Positions 28,439 through 38,203 of a DNA stretch of 64,000 bases are shown in pieces. The notes beneath the pieces are model-generated. The model saw nothing but the letters and a program-made list of their open reading frames with translations. It ran no database searches and had not been told where the DNA came from. Origin of the DNA: Methanobacteriota archaeon (GTDB lineage Archaea > Thermoplasmatota > Poseidoniia > Poseidoniales > Poseidoniaceae); assembly GCA_002722615.1 (NCBI GenBank), contig PBMQ01000035.1, positions 2,460 through 66,459 of the forward strand, given 5' to 3'. The position numbers and the translations under genes were made by a program. Numbering within the stretch: the stretch's first letter is position 1; every line of letters begins with the position of its first letter.

Positions 28439-29995
28439 TTATTGCGAAATCCACTTGTAGGTTCGAGCACCTTCGTTGGTTCCATTTTCACCGATTTCAA
28501 CGAGTGCGAATTCGCCTCGAGGGGATACGACACTCTCTTCCTGCAATCCCTTGTGGAGATTTTCATAGGTGACTTGGTCGATGGCGACACGTCCAGCGAG
28601 GCGTTCAAACAATTGCCAACCTGCGACAACTTCTCGCCATCTTGGGGCAACCTTTCCTTCAAACACCTTCGCTTTGGCACCGGATCCATAACCACATAGG
28701 CCAAACAACTCTCCCTCAAGTTTGGAATTTTCTTCAAGATCGGACTCGAAGGTCGACATTAATGCAAGGAAGATTGAACCAGTGTATTGATTACCAATCA
28801 AACTCGAAGCACGTTGACCTTTCTCAATGCACTCTTTATGGAATTGAAGATATTCAGGAGTCTTCGAGATTGCACGTCGATAGCCGTCCATTTCCTTTTC
28901 CCATGCCATGATTTCCTCAGGGTCTTCGGTGTCGGGTTTAACAGGCTGTTCTCCAATTTGTTCAACAACTCCTGGCCACATATCTGTGTTCATTCGGTCA
29001 TGACGAAATACGTCAGGGAACATACGCTTTGCTTGGAATGCGTAAGGAAGATGCATAATGATACGAGACCATTGTTCGGTAAATTGAGTATCAAGTTCAG
29101 GATCCCATCGATTCTGCTTGATGGCACGTTGACTGAAGTTGTGGAAGGCTTGACGTACGGCTTGTTGGTAGCACCGATTGGAGAATTGACCATCAAAGAC
29201 GGGTTCGTCTCGATGCACACTGACGCTTTCCTCACCATGTGCAAAGATTCCAAGGCGTCGGACAGTAGATTCAGGAAGGTGCTTGACCATACGTTCAACA
29301 ATTCCTTTCTTGAGCGATTGGCCGGTCTCTTGGGCGAGTGTCATAACATTGGAAATCACAGAGCGGAGGCTGACATTTCGACGTGGCTTGAAGAAATCGT
29401 GGACAGGTGTCGTCGAAACACCCCAACAGTCAGGGACTTCGAGCAGACGTGGGTTTCGTCGAATCAACAACGCACCACCACCTGCTCCTTGCGTGTACTC
29501 TCCGCTCGATTCCAGAGCATACTTCGCATTGTCCGAAAAGATGACTACTCCGATACGATCGTCTTCATTGCTTGATCGAGCAGCCCAATCAAGCGTAGTA
29601 TGAAGGGCATCAACTGCTCCAATGCAGGCAAAGGTCATGTCGACAACGTCACAGTTTCGGAAGCAATCAACGCCAAAACGATCCTGATAGCGTTGTGTAA
29701 GCATATCGAGAATGTAGGTAGCTGTTGGTTTTGCTCCATCAAGAGCAGATTCAGTACCGAGGTACATTCTTCCGATATCTCTTGGATCGATTCCATTACG
29801 GTCGATGAGGCGCATGACGGCCATCGCTCCCATAGTTGCGGTATCTTCGTGGACGTCAGGAATGGCCATAGCTTTCAGACCAAGGCCCTTGTTGAGTTTA
29901 CCGTAGTCTGCGCCTCGCATTTCAGCAAAATCACGCATGTCCATGTACAGACGAGGAAAATGTATCGCAACATCATCAATTCCAACGTTGACCAT
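28439..29995 (-). CDS. Hydroxymethylglutaryl-CoA synthase (long, bacterial/eukaryote-like form)
   Basis: LGTESALDGAKP (catalytic Glu region), FACIGAVDAL (catalytic Cys), HLPYAFQAKR (His), GNQYTGSIFLAL. 518 aa. Confidence 0.8.
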   Translation of the reverse strand: MVNVGIDDVAIHFPRLYMDMRDFAEMRGADYGKLNKGLGLKAMAIPDVHEDTATMGAMAVMRLIDRNGIDPRDIGRMYLGTESALDGAKPTATYILDMLTQRYQDRFGVDCFRNCDVVDMTFACIGAVDALHTTLDWAARSSNEDDRIGVVIFSDNAKYALESSGEYTQGAGGGALLIRRNPRLLEVPDCWGVSTTPVHDFFKPRRNVSLRSVISNVMTLAQETGQSLKKGIVERMVKHLPESTVRRLGIFAHGEESVSVHRDEPVFDGQFSNRCYQQAVRQAFHNFSQRAIKQNRWDPELDTQFTEQWSRIIMHLPYAFQAKRMFPDVFRHDRMNTDMWPGVVEQIGEQPVKPDTEDPEEIMAWEKEMDGYRRAISKTPEYLQFHKECIEKGQRASSLIGNQYTGSIFLALMSTFESDLEENSKLEGELFGLCGYGSGAKAKVFEGKVAPRWREVVAGWQLFERLAGRVAIDQVTYENLHKGLQEESVVSPRGEFALVEIGENGTNEGARTYKWISQ

Positions 29996-30014
29996 GTACT
30001 TGCGCCGATTTTGG

Positions 30015-30025
30015 TATATTTATAA
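30015..30025 (-). promoter_or_regulatory. TATA box (TTATAAATATA on minus strand) for the HMG-CoA synthase gene, leaderless
   Basis: 20-30 nt upstream of the ATG at 29995. No SD in between. Confidence 0.5.
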
Positions 30026-30057
30026 GGTGGTTCTGAACAGGGCTATCCCCATCGAAC

Positions 30058-31668
30058 TTATCTACGGTCTGGGGCAGTACCGTCAAGTTTCGCTTGAACA
30101 TCACCCGGAACACTGATTTCTTGCTTAGCCCACAAGACATCGTCGATACGCAGCACGGCGATTGTAGCTTCACTTGCACCCGAGATGGCTTGTTCAAGAA
30201 CTCGAGATGGTTCTATGACGTTTGAAGTGCGCATGTTCTCAGGCTGTCGTGTGATCACATTCAATCCAATTGAATCATCATCATCAGTGGTTTGAATGGA
30301 AACGATTTGCAAGAGTGTGTCGATAGGGTCCATTCCAGCATTTTCAGCTAGTACACGAGGAATGGTCTCAAGTCCATCAGCAAAGGCTTCGATGGCGAGT
30401 TGCTCACGTCCTGGCACTGTCTCCGCGTATCGCCTCAAACGTCGTGCTAAGGCAATGTATGTTGCTCCCCCACCGGGGACCAATCGTGGATTTTCCTTCA
30501 GTCGACAGGCAACGCCCAAGGCATCAGCAAAACAACGCTCGACCTCGCCAACAACTGTATCGGTACTTCCAGTTGCAACAAAGGTTGCTCCGCCTTCATC
30601 AGTCTCAAGAATCCAGTGGTCAACATCGCCCCAGCGTTCACATCGACTCGAAATGAAAACCCCAACATCCTCGGACTTCGCTTGATGAATGGAAGGAACA
30701 AGACGAGAACCACAACCTCGAGCAAGAAGTTCAAGGTCACTCTTGGCTACACGACGGAATGCTTTGATTCCCGCTTCAGCAAGATGCGCATGCATACTAT
30801 CATCGATACCTTCGCGACAAGCAAGGAGAGTGATGTCAAGCTCAACGAGCATCTTGACTTGTTCCAGAAGTCGCTCTTGCTCAGCATCTCTGAATGATTG
30901 CAGTACACTCGTTGATGTTACGTTCAACTGAACATCTGTTGACAACGAGCGAAGTTCAAGCCCACCATCAACAAGGAGAATCGATCCCGCTCCAAGGGAA
31001 GACGGCATCTCAACATGAGCACGCTTTTTTGGAAGTGCAAGCCCAGTAATTAGTTTCGATTCTTCCAGTGCAGGGCCACTTCGGGTGATGACTTTGACAC
31101 GCGTAGGGTCTGCAACAATCTTGCCATCGGATTGCATGATGATGGCATCAGCAGCCTCGACTGCGCATGCTGAAATCGTGGACTGCATTTTCTGGTGAAG
31201 TTTTCCTGCAAGCGAGGTCATTGTTGCCGATTGAATATCGTCTCGACTGGCATCAAAACTCAATGCATTCAGATGCTCCTTACAGTAGGATTCCGCCATG
31301 CGGTATCCTCGAGCAATGGTGGCAGGATGGACGCCTTGGACGACAAGATGCCAAGCATTCTGGAGCCATTCTGCGGCGAGGAGAACCGTCGTTGTCGTCC
31401 CATCTCGCACCGTTTGATCCTGAGTGGCACTCGCTGCAATCAACATGTGAGCAATGGGGTGTTCAACCTTTGCAGATTCAAGGACGGTGATTCCATCATT
31501 CGTGACCATGCTCCGCCCTTCATCATCAACAAGTAACTTGTCTAGGCCCTTTGGACCGAGCGTGGAACGTACCGCTCCAGCAAGGGCCATAGCAGCCTGA
31601 ATGTTCTTGCGAAGAGCGTCTCGACCGGTTGTACGGTCGGTCGCTTCGAGAATCGGAGCATCGCTCAT
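30058..31668 (-). CDS. ths: Thermosome subunit (group II chaperonin)
   Basis: [37 protein letters not shown]. The nucleotide loop reads VRDGTTT instead of the usual VGDGTTT. The ORF opens at a GTG (31692); ATG at 31668 (MSDAPIL) chosen. Confidence 0.9.
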   Translation of the reverse strand: MSDAPILEATDRTTGRDALRKNIQAAMALAGAVRSTLGPKGLDKLLVDDEGRSMVTNDGITVLESAKVEHPIAHMLIAASATQDQTVRDGTTTTVLLAAEWLQNAWHLVVQGVHPATIARGYRMAESYCKEHLNALSFDASRDDIQSATMTSLAGKLHQKMQSTISACAVEAADAIIMQSDGKIVADPTRVKVITRSGPALEESKLITGLALPKKRAHVEMPSSLGAGSILLVDGGLELRSLSTDVQLNVTSTSVLQSFRDAEQERLLEQVKMLVELDITLLACREGIDDSMHAHLAEAGIKAFRRVAKSDLELLARGCGSRLVPSIHQAKSEDVGVFISSRCERWGDVDHWILETDEGGATFVATGSTDTVVGEVERCFADALGVACRLKENPRLVPGGGATYIALARRLRRYAETVPGREQLAIEAFADGLETIPRVLAENAGMDPIDTLLQIVSIQTTDDDDSIGLNVITRQPENMRTSNVIEPSRVLEQAISGASEATIAVLRIDDVLWAKQEISVPGDVQAKLDGTAPDRR

Positions 31669-31706
31669 GGCCACACCAACGGTGACTTGCACATAAGTGC
31701 GATGTT

Positions 31707-33593
31707 TCAGTCTTCTTCGTCGACGACTTCGAAGTCTGCATCGACGACATCATCGCTCTCGACGTTAATGTCCCCGTCCCCTTCGTTGTTCTCAGCTTCT
31801 GCCATTTCAGCAGCCGCTGCTTCATACAACTTGGATGAAATTGCGTGCATCGATTCCTCAACTTCTTTGACCTTGGCTTGGATAGCAGCCTCGTCCATAG
31901 CATCATCATCGATTGGTTTTCCATCACCATCTTGGACAAGGGCTTCGAGTTCGGTGAGTTTCTCACGGACAGGTTCGAGGTCGGAAGCATCGAGTTTGTC
32001 CTCGTTTTCATCTAGGGTACGGCGGGTTTGGTAGACAATTTGATCAGCCATATTTCGGAGTTCAATCTTAGCTTTCCGACGCTTGTCTTCTTCTGCGAAG
32101 GATTCAGCTTCTGCAATCTTTGCTTGGATTTCATCCTCTGAGAGGGAAGTTTGTGATTCAATCTTGATCGATTGTTCCTTTCCTGTCCCCATGTCTTTCG
32201 CACTGACGTTGACAATACCGTTTGCATCGATATCAAAGGTGACTTCGACCTGAGGAACGCCACGTGGTGCTGGCGGGATATCGGTGAGGTGGAACTGTCC
32301 TAATGTGACGTTATCCTTTGCAAATTCGCGCTCTCCTTGGAGAACATGAATTTCCACAGCAGGTTGATTGTCGCTTGCAGTTGAGAAGATTTCACTGCGG
32401 CGAGCAGGAATTGTTGTGTTGCGCTCGATCATGGTCGTTGTTACGCCTCCGAGAGTTTCGATACCGAGCGTCAACGGTGTGACGTCAAGAAGGAGAATAT
32501 CGGATACTTCATCGTCACCTGCAATGATACCAGCCTGGAGTGCAGCACCCATTGCTACAGCTTCGTCAGGGTTGATTCCTTTGTATGGAGCCTTCCCAGT
32601 TTCCTTTTCGATGGCTGTTTGTACAGCAGGGACTCGAGTTGAACCCCCAACAAGAATGACTTTGTCAACATCGCCTTTCTTGACACCAGCGTCTTTCATG
32701 GCTTGACGTGTTGGAGCCATCGTATTCTCGATGTGTTTTGCAATGAGATCTTCAAAACGAGCACGAGACAATGTGATGTCCAAGTGTTCGGGGTTACCGT
32801 CCTTCATGGTGATGAATGGAAGGTTGATTTGAGACGATTGTGTTCCAGAAAGTTCGATCTTAGCCTTCTCAGCAGCTTCCTTGAGTCGACTCATTGCTTG
32901 TGTATCCTTAGAGAGGTCGATTCCTGTTTCTCGCTTGAATTCACTGACAAGCCAATCAATGATTTGCTCGTCGAAATCGTCGCCGCCGAGTTTGTTGTTA
33001 CCCGCAGTAGCCTTAACTTCGATTTGCGGTTGCCCATCAACGTCGTAAATTTCGAGGATGGAGACGTCGAATGTCCCGCCACCAAGGTCGTAAACGAGGA
33101 TGGTTTGATCTTCGCCCTTGTCTGCTCCGTACGCAAGTGCAGCAGCGGTTGGCTCGTTGATGATTCGAAGAACATCCATTCCAGCAATACGGCCAGCATC
33201 CTTTGTTGCCTTTCGTTGTGCATCGGTGAAGTATGCAGGACATGTAATGACAGCCTGCTTGACTTCATGTCCAAGGTAGGCTTCAGCATCTGCTTTCAAC
33301 TTCTGGAGAATAAATGCAGAGATTTCTTGAGGGGTGTAGTTGGTTCCATCGATGTCAGTCTTCCAATCGGTTCCCATGTGTCTCTTGACAGAAATCATGG
33401 TACGCTCTGGGTTGGTTACGGCTTGTCGCTTGGCAGTAATACCGATCAAACGTTCTCCGTCTTTGTTGAATGCGACAACGGAGGGTGTGGTTCGTGCACC
33501 CTCTGCATTGGCGATAACAACGGGTTCACCGTTTTCGATGGTTGCTACACAGCTGTTGGTTGTTCCTAGGTCAATTCCGATTACTTTACTCAT
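31707..33593 (-). CDS. dnaK: Hsp70 chaperone DnaK
   Basis: [22 protein letters not shown], bacterial-type tail [21 protein letters not shown] lies 9 nt before the ATG at 33593; the ORF-track ATG at 33602 abuts the SD. Confidence 0.95.
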   Translation of the reverse strand: MSKVIGIDLGTTNSCVATIENGEPVVIANAEGARTTPSVVAFNKDGERLIGITAKRQAVTNPERTMISVKRHMGTDWKTDIDGTNYTPQEISAFILQKLKADAEAYLGHEVKQAVITCPAYFTDAQRKATKDAGRIAGMDVLRIINEPTAAALAYGADKGEDQTILVYDLGGGTFDVSILEIYDVDGQPQIEVKATAGNNKLGGDDFDEQIIDWLVSEFKRETGIDLSKDTQAMSRLKEAAEKAKIELSGTQSSQINLPFITMKDGNPEHLDITLSRARFEDLIAKHIENTMAPTRQAMKDAGVKKGDVDKVILVGGSTRVPAVQTAIEKETGKAPYKGINPDEAVAMGAALQAGIIAGDDEVSDILLLDVTPLTLGIETLGGVTTTMIERNTTIPARRSEIFSTASDNQPAVEIHVLQGEREFAKDNVTLGQFHLTDIPPAPRGVPQVEVTFDIDANGIVNVSAKDMGTGKEQSIKIESQTSLSEDEIQAKIAEAESFAEEDKRRKAKIELRNMADQIVYQTRRTLDENEDKLDASDLEPVREKLTELEALVQDGDGKPIDDDAMDEAAIQAKVKEVEESMHAISSKLYEAAAAEMAEAENNEGDGDINVESDDVVDADFEVVDEED

Positions 33594-33608
33594 TTTATTC
33601 ATCTCCTT

Positions 33609-34310
33609 TCACAGAATGGGGATTCCTCCGTCATCGTCGTCATCGTCGTCATCGTCGGCTAGGTCGATGGCGATGTCGCCGCTCAGGGGAATGGTGTCGT
33701 CACCATCTTCGGACGGTGGAAGGGCTGCGAGGGCATCCTCAGGAGGAATCAATCGCAATGTAATATCGAGGATGCCGTTGTTGAGCGTAAAGTCAACAAC
33801 GTCTTCACAAGCATGAGGAAGCTCAATGCGTGCAACAGGTGCAAGTTGTGTTGTTCGGTGGACTTCTACCAGAGTTCCACCGTCAATGAGGTTCAATTCA
33901 ACTTGATCTTGTTCAAGTTCACCTTTTTTAGCGAAGTCAACAGTTACGGTCATGTTCCATCCTTCGAGATAGATGTCATCTGCGGGAAGCACCATGTTGT
34001 CCTCTTCTTCTCCTTCTGGAGTGTCGATTTCAACTGGGGCTGCATCGACTCGAACATCAACACCCATGTTCTTGAACAACTCATTGAAGTCCATGCCTGG
34101 TTTGAACAAATCACGAAGGTTGCTCAAGTCAAAATTGAAGTTCACATCGCCTTTTGCGATGCGTTCTTCGTCGATACCCATCTTTTCAAATTGGCCTCGA
34201 AATTGTTGCAGTAGGGATCGCAGTTGGTCTCTGGACATGTTCATTCCCATGTTGGAAAGCAGGCGTTCGAGTTGATCCAACATCTTCTCTTCCCAATCGT
34301 CTCCGGCCAT
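33609..34310 (-). CDS. Atypical small heat-shock protein-like (alpha-crystallin domain) protein with poly-Asp tail
   Basis: DIYLEGWNMTVTVDFAKKGELEQDQVELNLIDGGTLVEVHRTT...ARIELPHACEDVVDFTLNNGILDITLRL fits the ACD pattern. Met-rich N-region. D9 run, then GGIPIL (an IXI-type C-terminal motif). Not GrpE-like. Confidence 0.55.
   Translation of the reverse strand: MAGDDWEEKMLDQLERLLSNMGMNMSRDQLRSLLQQFRGQFEKMGIDEERIAKGDVNFNFDLSNLRDLFKPGMDFNELFKNMGVDVRVDAAPVEIDTPEGEEEDNMVLPADDIYLEGWNMTVTVDFAKKGELEQDQVELNLIDGGTLVEVHRTTQLAPVARIELPHACEDVVDFTLNNGILDITLRLIPPEDALAALPPSEDGDDTIPLSGDIAIDLADDDDDDDDDGGIPIL
33630..33656 (-). repeat. Perfect tandem repeat (GTCATCGTC)x3 encoding nine Asp
   Basis: Read directly. 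In frame within the sHSP-like gene (GAC GAT GAC x3 on the coding strand). Confidence 0.9.
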
Positions 34311-34430
34311 CGAATCCACCACTACTTAACCTTAGGTTACATAGTCCCGAGTGCAACGAGGTATATGAATCTGACTTTCAGTGCGTTGTAAAAATCACCA
34401 CAGCGTATATGCAGGGAATGAATTTATTAT

Positions 34431-35675
34431 ATGAATAACAGAACAATCCTCGTGCAGAACGACGAGGAGGTTACGAAGCAAAGGCCGGTCAAGCCTGAAG
34501 CAGTGGTCATCAACCTCCCGCAAAGTGAGAATCTTCTCGCTGATGCACCAGCTACAAGTCTAGCAGATAAACCCAATATTCAAAACATCGTTGTCTCTTC
34601 AATTGATCAGACAAAAAGAATACAGTTTGCATCAATCGCTCTTTTGGTGTCAATGTTCTTTCAATGGGGATATCAGTACTGGTTGAATTGGACGATAAGT
34701 TTGGTGTCAAGCAGAGATGGTGAAGGGTGGGATGATGGCTACCACAACGCTCTTTGGGAATATCTCGTACATGGAGAATTTGCATGGGAGGGCGGAATTG
34801 GTTTTGTTGAAATCTTGAACTTCTTCTTCCGATTTCAGATTTGGGGCGATGTAGCAGATTTGGTGGGTCCTGTCTTTGCTTTGTTCATCATGCGCGACTT
34901 GATGCCGTTCGTCTTTATTGGAACGATTGCTTTTTCTTGGATGAACAGAGACAAGGGTGACGATTTTTTCCGAAAGGTAGCCCTGTTTTACGGAGGATAC
35001 TTCGCAATCATGGCCGTCCAGCTTGTGTACATCAATATCGAACTCAACGGTTCGTATTATTGGGAGTTCAATGTTCTGTTCGATTGTTTCGGATTCTGGG
35101 TTGCGGGATTCGCAGGATTGCTTCTCGATCCCAAACTCATTCGTATTCCTGAAACCATTGGTTCTCACAAGGATACATTCACTCCGCACCTCAATGGACC
35201 AGAATTGTCACAGAACTCACATGGCATCATACATGCGCCACAACAAGAAATCGAACCTGCTAAGGTTGCTTTGTTTTATTTTCCCGTAGTTTACTTCCTT
35301 ATCGTGGTTAATTCAGTGATGGAGGGAGGCGAAGATGATGCATTGTTCCTTGGAATAATGCTGCCAATTGTTGGTTTTGTGGTTGGTATCGGCCTTTATG
35401 GTCTTGAATTCTTGAAAGGATTTGGACTTCATCTACTTTTTTCCATTGGCTACGGATTGATTGGGTATTTCTTAGTGATCATCGGCTTTTTTGGCGATTT
35501 AGACGACGGTCCTCCGATTTCTTTTATTGTCATGATTTCCCTTATACTTACGATTAGGTACCATTTGAAAAATAAACATCATCGAGCCATCGGAGCAATG
35601 TATGCCATTCCGTTAACGATTTGGATTATTCTCTTCGGGATACTCATTGGTTGGTTTCAAGTTGATGGGTTCTGA
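34431..35675 (+). CDS. Polytopic membrane protein, aromatic-rich, unknown function
   Basis: 414-aa ORF with a ~60-aa polar N-terminus, then at least 8 hydrophobic helices rich in W/F/Y/G. No motif recognised. Confidence 0.5.
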   Translation: MNNRTILVQNDEEVTKQRPVKPEAVVINLPQSENLLADAPATSLADKPNIQNIVVSSIDQTKRIQFASIALLVSMFFQWGYQYWLNWTISLVSSRDGEGWDDGYHNALWEYLVHGEFAWEGGIGFVEILNFFFRFQIWGDVADLVGPVFALFIMRDLMPFVFIGTIAFSWMNRDKGDDFFRKVALFYGGYFAIMAVQLVYINIELNGSYYWEFNVLFDCFGFWVAGFAGLLLDPKLIRIPETIGSHKDTFTPHLNGPELSQNSHGIIHAPQQEIEPAKVALFYFPVVYFLIVVNSVMEGGEDDALFLGIMLPIVGFVVGIGLYGLEFLKGFGLHLLFSIGYGLIGYFLVIIGFFGDLDDGPPISFIVMISLILTIRYHLKNKHHRAIGAMYAIPLTIWIILFGILIGWFQVDGF

Positions 35676-35734
35676 TGATGCTTAGATTATGATGACGGCA
35701 AAAAGTGTCCCTGTCAAGCAATGGAGTCGAGCCA

Positions 35735-36202
35735 ATGAGCAGTGAGTCAAGCAATGAAGCCAATCGAATTGCTTCGGCGATGCGTGAAAAAGCACTCTCG
35801 AACATGCGCAAAAATGGATTGAAATTGAGCGAGGATGGTTCAAGTTGGGTTCCACTTGAGGAAGAAAACAACACGAAGCGAATCAACCTACCAGATGCGG
35901 AGGATCATATCGGACCCCTGGATGTGCTTGCGCCACTATCGATTATTACTGCTTTCTTTTTCTTGTTAGCTGGGTTCGACACGGTCAGTGAGGGGCCTAT
36001 TGCAGCCTGTTGTTTTTTCCTCTCGATGGGATGTCTTGCCATGTTGGCAAACAGCAAAGGTAGGGTTGGAGTAACTATTCTGAGAATCGTGGGCATTCTC
36101 ATTTTCTTTGGTATCGTGTTCTCCTTCGTTCTTGACTCTTTTATGAGTGGTGGATGGGGAGGAATGGGCGTAGGAGGTTTGTCAGGTTGGGGTGGGCCTT
36201 GA
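35735..36202 (+). CDS. Small membrane protein with Gly/Trp-rich C-terminal tail, unknown function
   Basis: GGAG 8 nt upstream of the ATG at 35735 (ORF open from a GTG at 35705). Three hydrophobic helices. Tail SGGWGGMGVGGLSGWGGP. Confidence 0.45.
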   Translation: MSSESSNEANRIASAMREKALSNMRKNGLKLSEDGSSWVPLEEENNTKRINLPDAEDHIGPLDVLAPLSIITAFFFLLAGFDTVSEGPIAACCFFLSMGCLAMLANSKGRVGVTILRIVGILIFFGIVFSFVLDSFMSGGWGGMGVGGLSGWGGP

Positions 36203-36242
36203 TGGGTATTGTTGGCATACAAATTGATGATTGCAGACAACT

Positions 36243-36851
36243 TCATTCCTTGTTTTCAGTTGGAATGAGGGCATCAATTTTATCATAAATAGTGTGTTCA
36301 AATTGAATGATTTTCTCCACGATCGGGTTCGTTGTAGGGCCATCCTCTTTCAAAATTGGAACCATCGATGACCACACACCCTCGCCTTTGATTCGTGAAT
36401 AAATTGCCGCTGCGATATGAAGGAAGATCAACATGTAGCTGAGGTCAGCAACGGCCCCATGCAAATCCAAAACTACATCCATGATGGTTTGCTCCTCGTC
36501 TGGTGTAGCGTTCACGGTGTATCCTTGACTGTATAATCCAGCAATAATGAGGCCCGTAAGTGGAAGGAGAATGAAGCAAGCATACATGGCTCGATGAACG
36601 ATTCTTGCGAAGTAATAGTGGACAATATGGACTGGTTCTGTTGCTCCCTGGAATGTTTTGAAACGTCTCATGTAGGAATATCTCAAGATGACGATGATGA
36701 GAAACACAGTCGCAAATGCAATCTCAAAAAGAAGAAGTTGATTGTCTTCAAGATCTCCTAATTCATTCACTTGCTTAACAATACCATAGAGATACAGGAG
36801 TATGAAGGTCCAATGAATGAACTTCGCAAGTTTGGTGTGCGAAGTCGGCAT
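36243..36851 (-). CDS. Cytochrome b561 / Ni-hydrogenase b-type cytochrome family membrane protein
   Basis: Four TM helices with conserved-position His (KFIHWTF, IVHYYFARIVHRAMY, LHGAVADLSYMLIFLHIAAAIYSRI), typical of the CybB-like family. Confidence 0.55.
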   Translation of the reverse strand: MPTSHTKLAKFIHWTFILLYLYGIVKQVNELGDLEDNQLLLFEIAFATVFLIIVILRYSYMRRFKTFQGATEPVHIVHYYFARIVHRAMYACFILLPLTGLIIAGLYSQGYTVNATPDEEQTIMDVVLDLHGAVADLSYMLIFLHIAAAIYSRIKGEGVWSSMVPILKEDGPTTNPIVEKIIQFEHTIYDKIDALIPTENKE

Positions 36852-36903
36852 GAGGTTCCCTTGGGATAATCCTGTTTAGAAGTGCCTACAGAGGAGAGGT
36901 GCT

Positions 36904-37365
36904 TCAAGCAGATGCAGGTAGCGATGAATGATGAAGCACGATGCGAAGATTGCTAGCTTTGTCGAGTATGTATCCAAACGTGTATTCGACTTTGGTCTCG
37001 TTTCCATCAGCACCTGTGAAGAAGTAGTTGCCCATTGCGATAGCATTGGCTTCATTCATGATAATACCTGAGTTCTCGAACCGCACAGATGTCCAGCCCT
37101 TGATTGCAAAACCACTATCCTCGTTGCAAGCACCATTTGATGCAACAAAATAGGACAATGCACCTTCAAACGTTGGACGAAATTGTTCAATCGAAGCCAT
37201 CGTCGGCTTGAAGAGAACTTCACTACAATCGTAGGCATAAAGGTCCTCGACATGCTTCGTAGCAATTCCAGTATAATCGCCACCATCCTCGTGTGCTGTT
37301 GCGATCCTTACGATTCCATCTCCCCACTTACGCTGAGCATCTTCGACATTTGCAACTGTAATCAC
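36904..37365 (-). CDS. NTF2-like/SnoaL-like fold protein, unknown function
   Basis: 153 aa. VEDAQRKWGDGIVRIA start typical of NTF2-like proteins. GTG start preceded by AAGGTGA. Weak assignment. Confidence 0.35.
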   Translation of the reverse strand: MITVANVEDAQRKWGDGIVRIATAHEDGGDYTGIATKHVEDLYAYDCSEVLFKPTMASIEQFRPTFEGALSYFVASNGACNEDSGFAIKGWTSVRFENSGIIMNEANAIAMGNYFFTGADGNETKVEYTFGYILDKASNLRIVLHHSSLPASA

Positions 37366-37455
37366 AATCTCACCTTATCCGAACTTAGAAAATGGCGATA
37401 CAAAGTCTTTCTCGGCTTGTCCTCGACACTGCAGTTTCGCTAGAAACCATAGGAG

Positions 37456-38193
37456 TTACTCGGTATATCGCAATTCGATTCGGTGGTCTACGTTCACAGA
37501 ATCCTGGCCTTCGTGAATGGTAAGTTCGACCTCATGCATTTCGATCGGAGCGAAATGAAGTGTATTCCATGTGACTGAATCACCATTTTCGATGATTTCT
37601 CGGTGACCTAAGCATTGACCATCAACGTTGATTACGGCCCACTCAACATCAACATCACGTCCATTGAGTTCAAGTAACGAAGTCGGATTGCTCACGGTCG
37701 AATTGAGAATAAAATACGATGGAGAAGGCCCATCATTACCAGGTGTTGTTTCAAAAAATACTGATTCCGGATTCCCGGTATCCTCTTCTGTCCAAGTAAT
37801 GATTTGTTCAACGACCAAGGTTTGTGTTTGTTGCAGTTTCAAACCGTTGGAGTCGATGACGTAAACAGAGATGCTGTAGGTTCCATGATGCTCAAAGTCC
37901 AGTGAGATGCTCTTTTCCTTGCTTGCATCTATGGTAAAAGAACGCCCATCATCTGTTGTGATTCCAAACGTTTCAATCGAAACATCTGAGGTTGTTTGGG
38001 AGAAATCAACAACGAATGTTGCAGTCGAAGAAGAGATGAGTTCACGTTGTTCATAGAACGTCTCGATTGTCAAACGCTCTTGGTCGACCGATACGATGAG
38101 ATTGGTTTCAATCTCTTCATCCGAGACAAGTCCAAGGCAACCCGAACAGAGGATGAGACAGACCAATCCCGGAAAGAGAAGTGGCCAATGCAT
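37456..38193 (-). CDS. Secreted/lipoprotein-like protein with Ig-like beta-rich domains
   Basis: MHWPLLFPGLVCLILCSGCLG signal with a lipobox-like LCSGC. Thr/Ser/Asp-rich beta-type sequence. Confidence 0.5.
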   Translation of the reverse strand: MHWPLLFPGLVCLILCSGCLGLVSDEEIETNLIVSVDQERLTIETFYEQRELISSSTATFVVDFSQTTSDVSIETFGITTDDGRSFTIDASKEKSISLDFEHHGTYSISVYVIDSNGLKLQQTQTLVVEQIITWTEEDTGNPESVFFETTPGNDGPSPSYFILNSTVSNPTSLLELNGRDVDVEWAVINVDGQCLGHREIIENGDSVTWNTLHFAPIEMHEVELTIHEGQDSVNVDHRIELRYTE

Positions 38194-38203
38194 GCCATCA
38201 CGT

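Noticed and set aside
33609-34322. GrpE, expected by position upstream of dnaK
   Set aside because: No long paired helix plus beta-domain GrpE pattern. The C-terminal half instead fits an alpha-crystallin domain with an IXI-type terminus.
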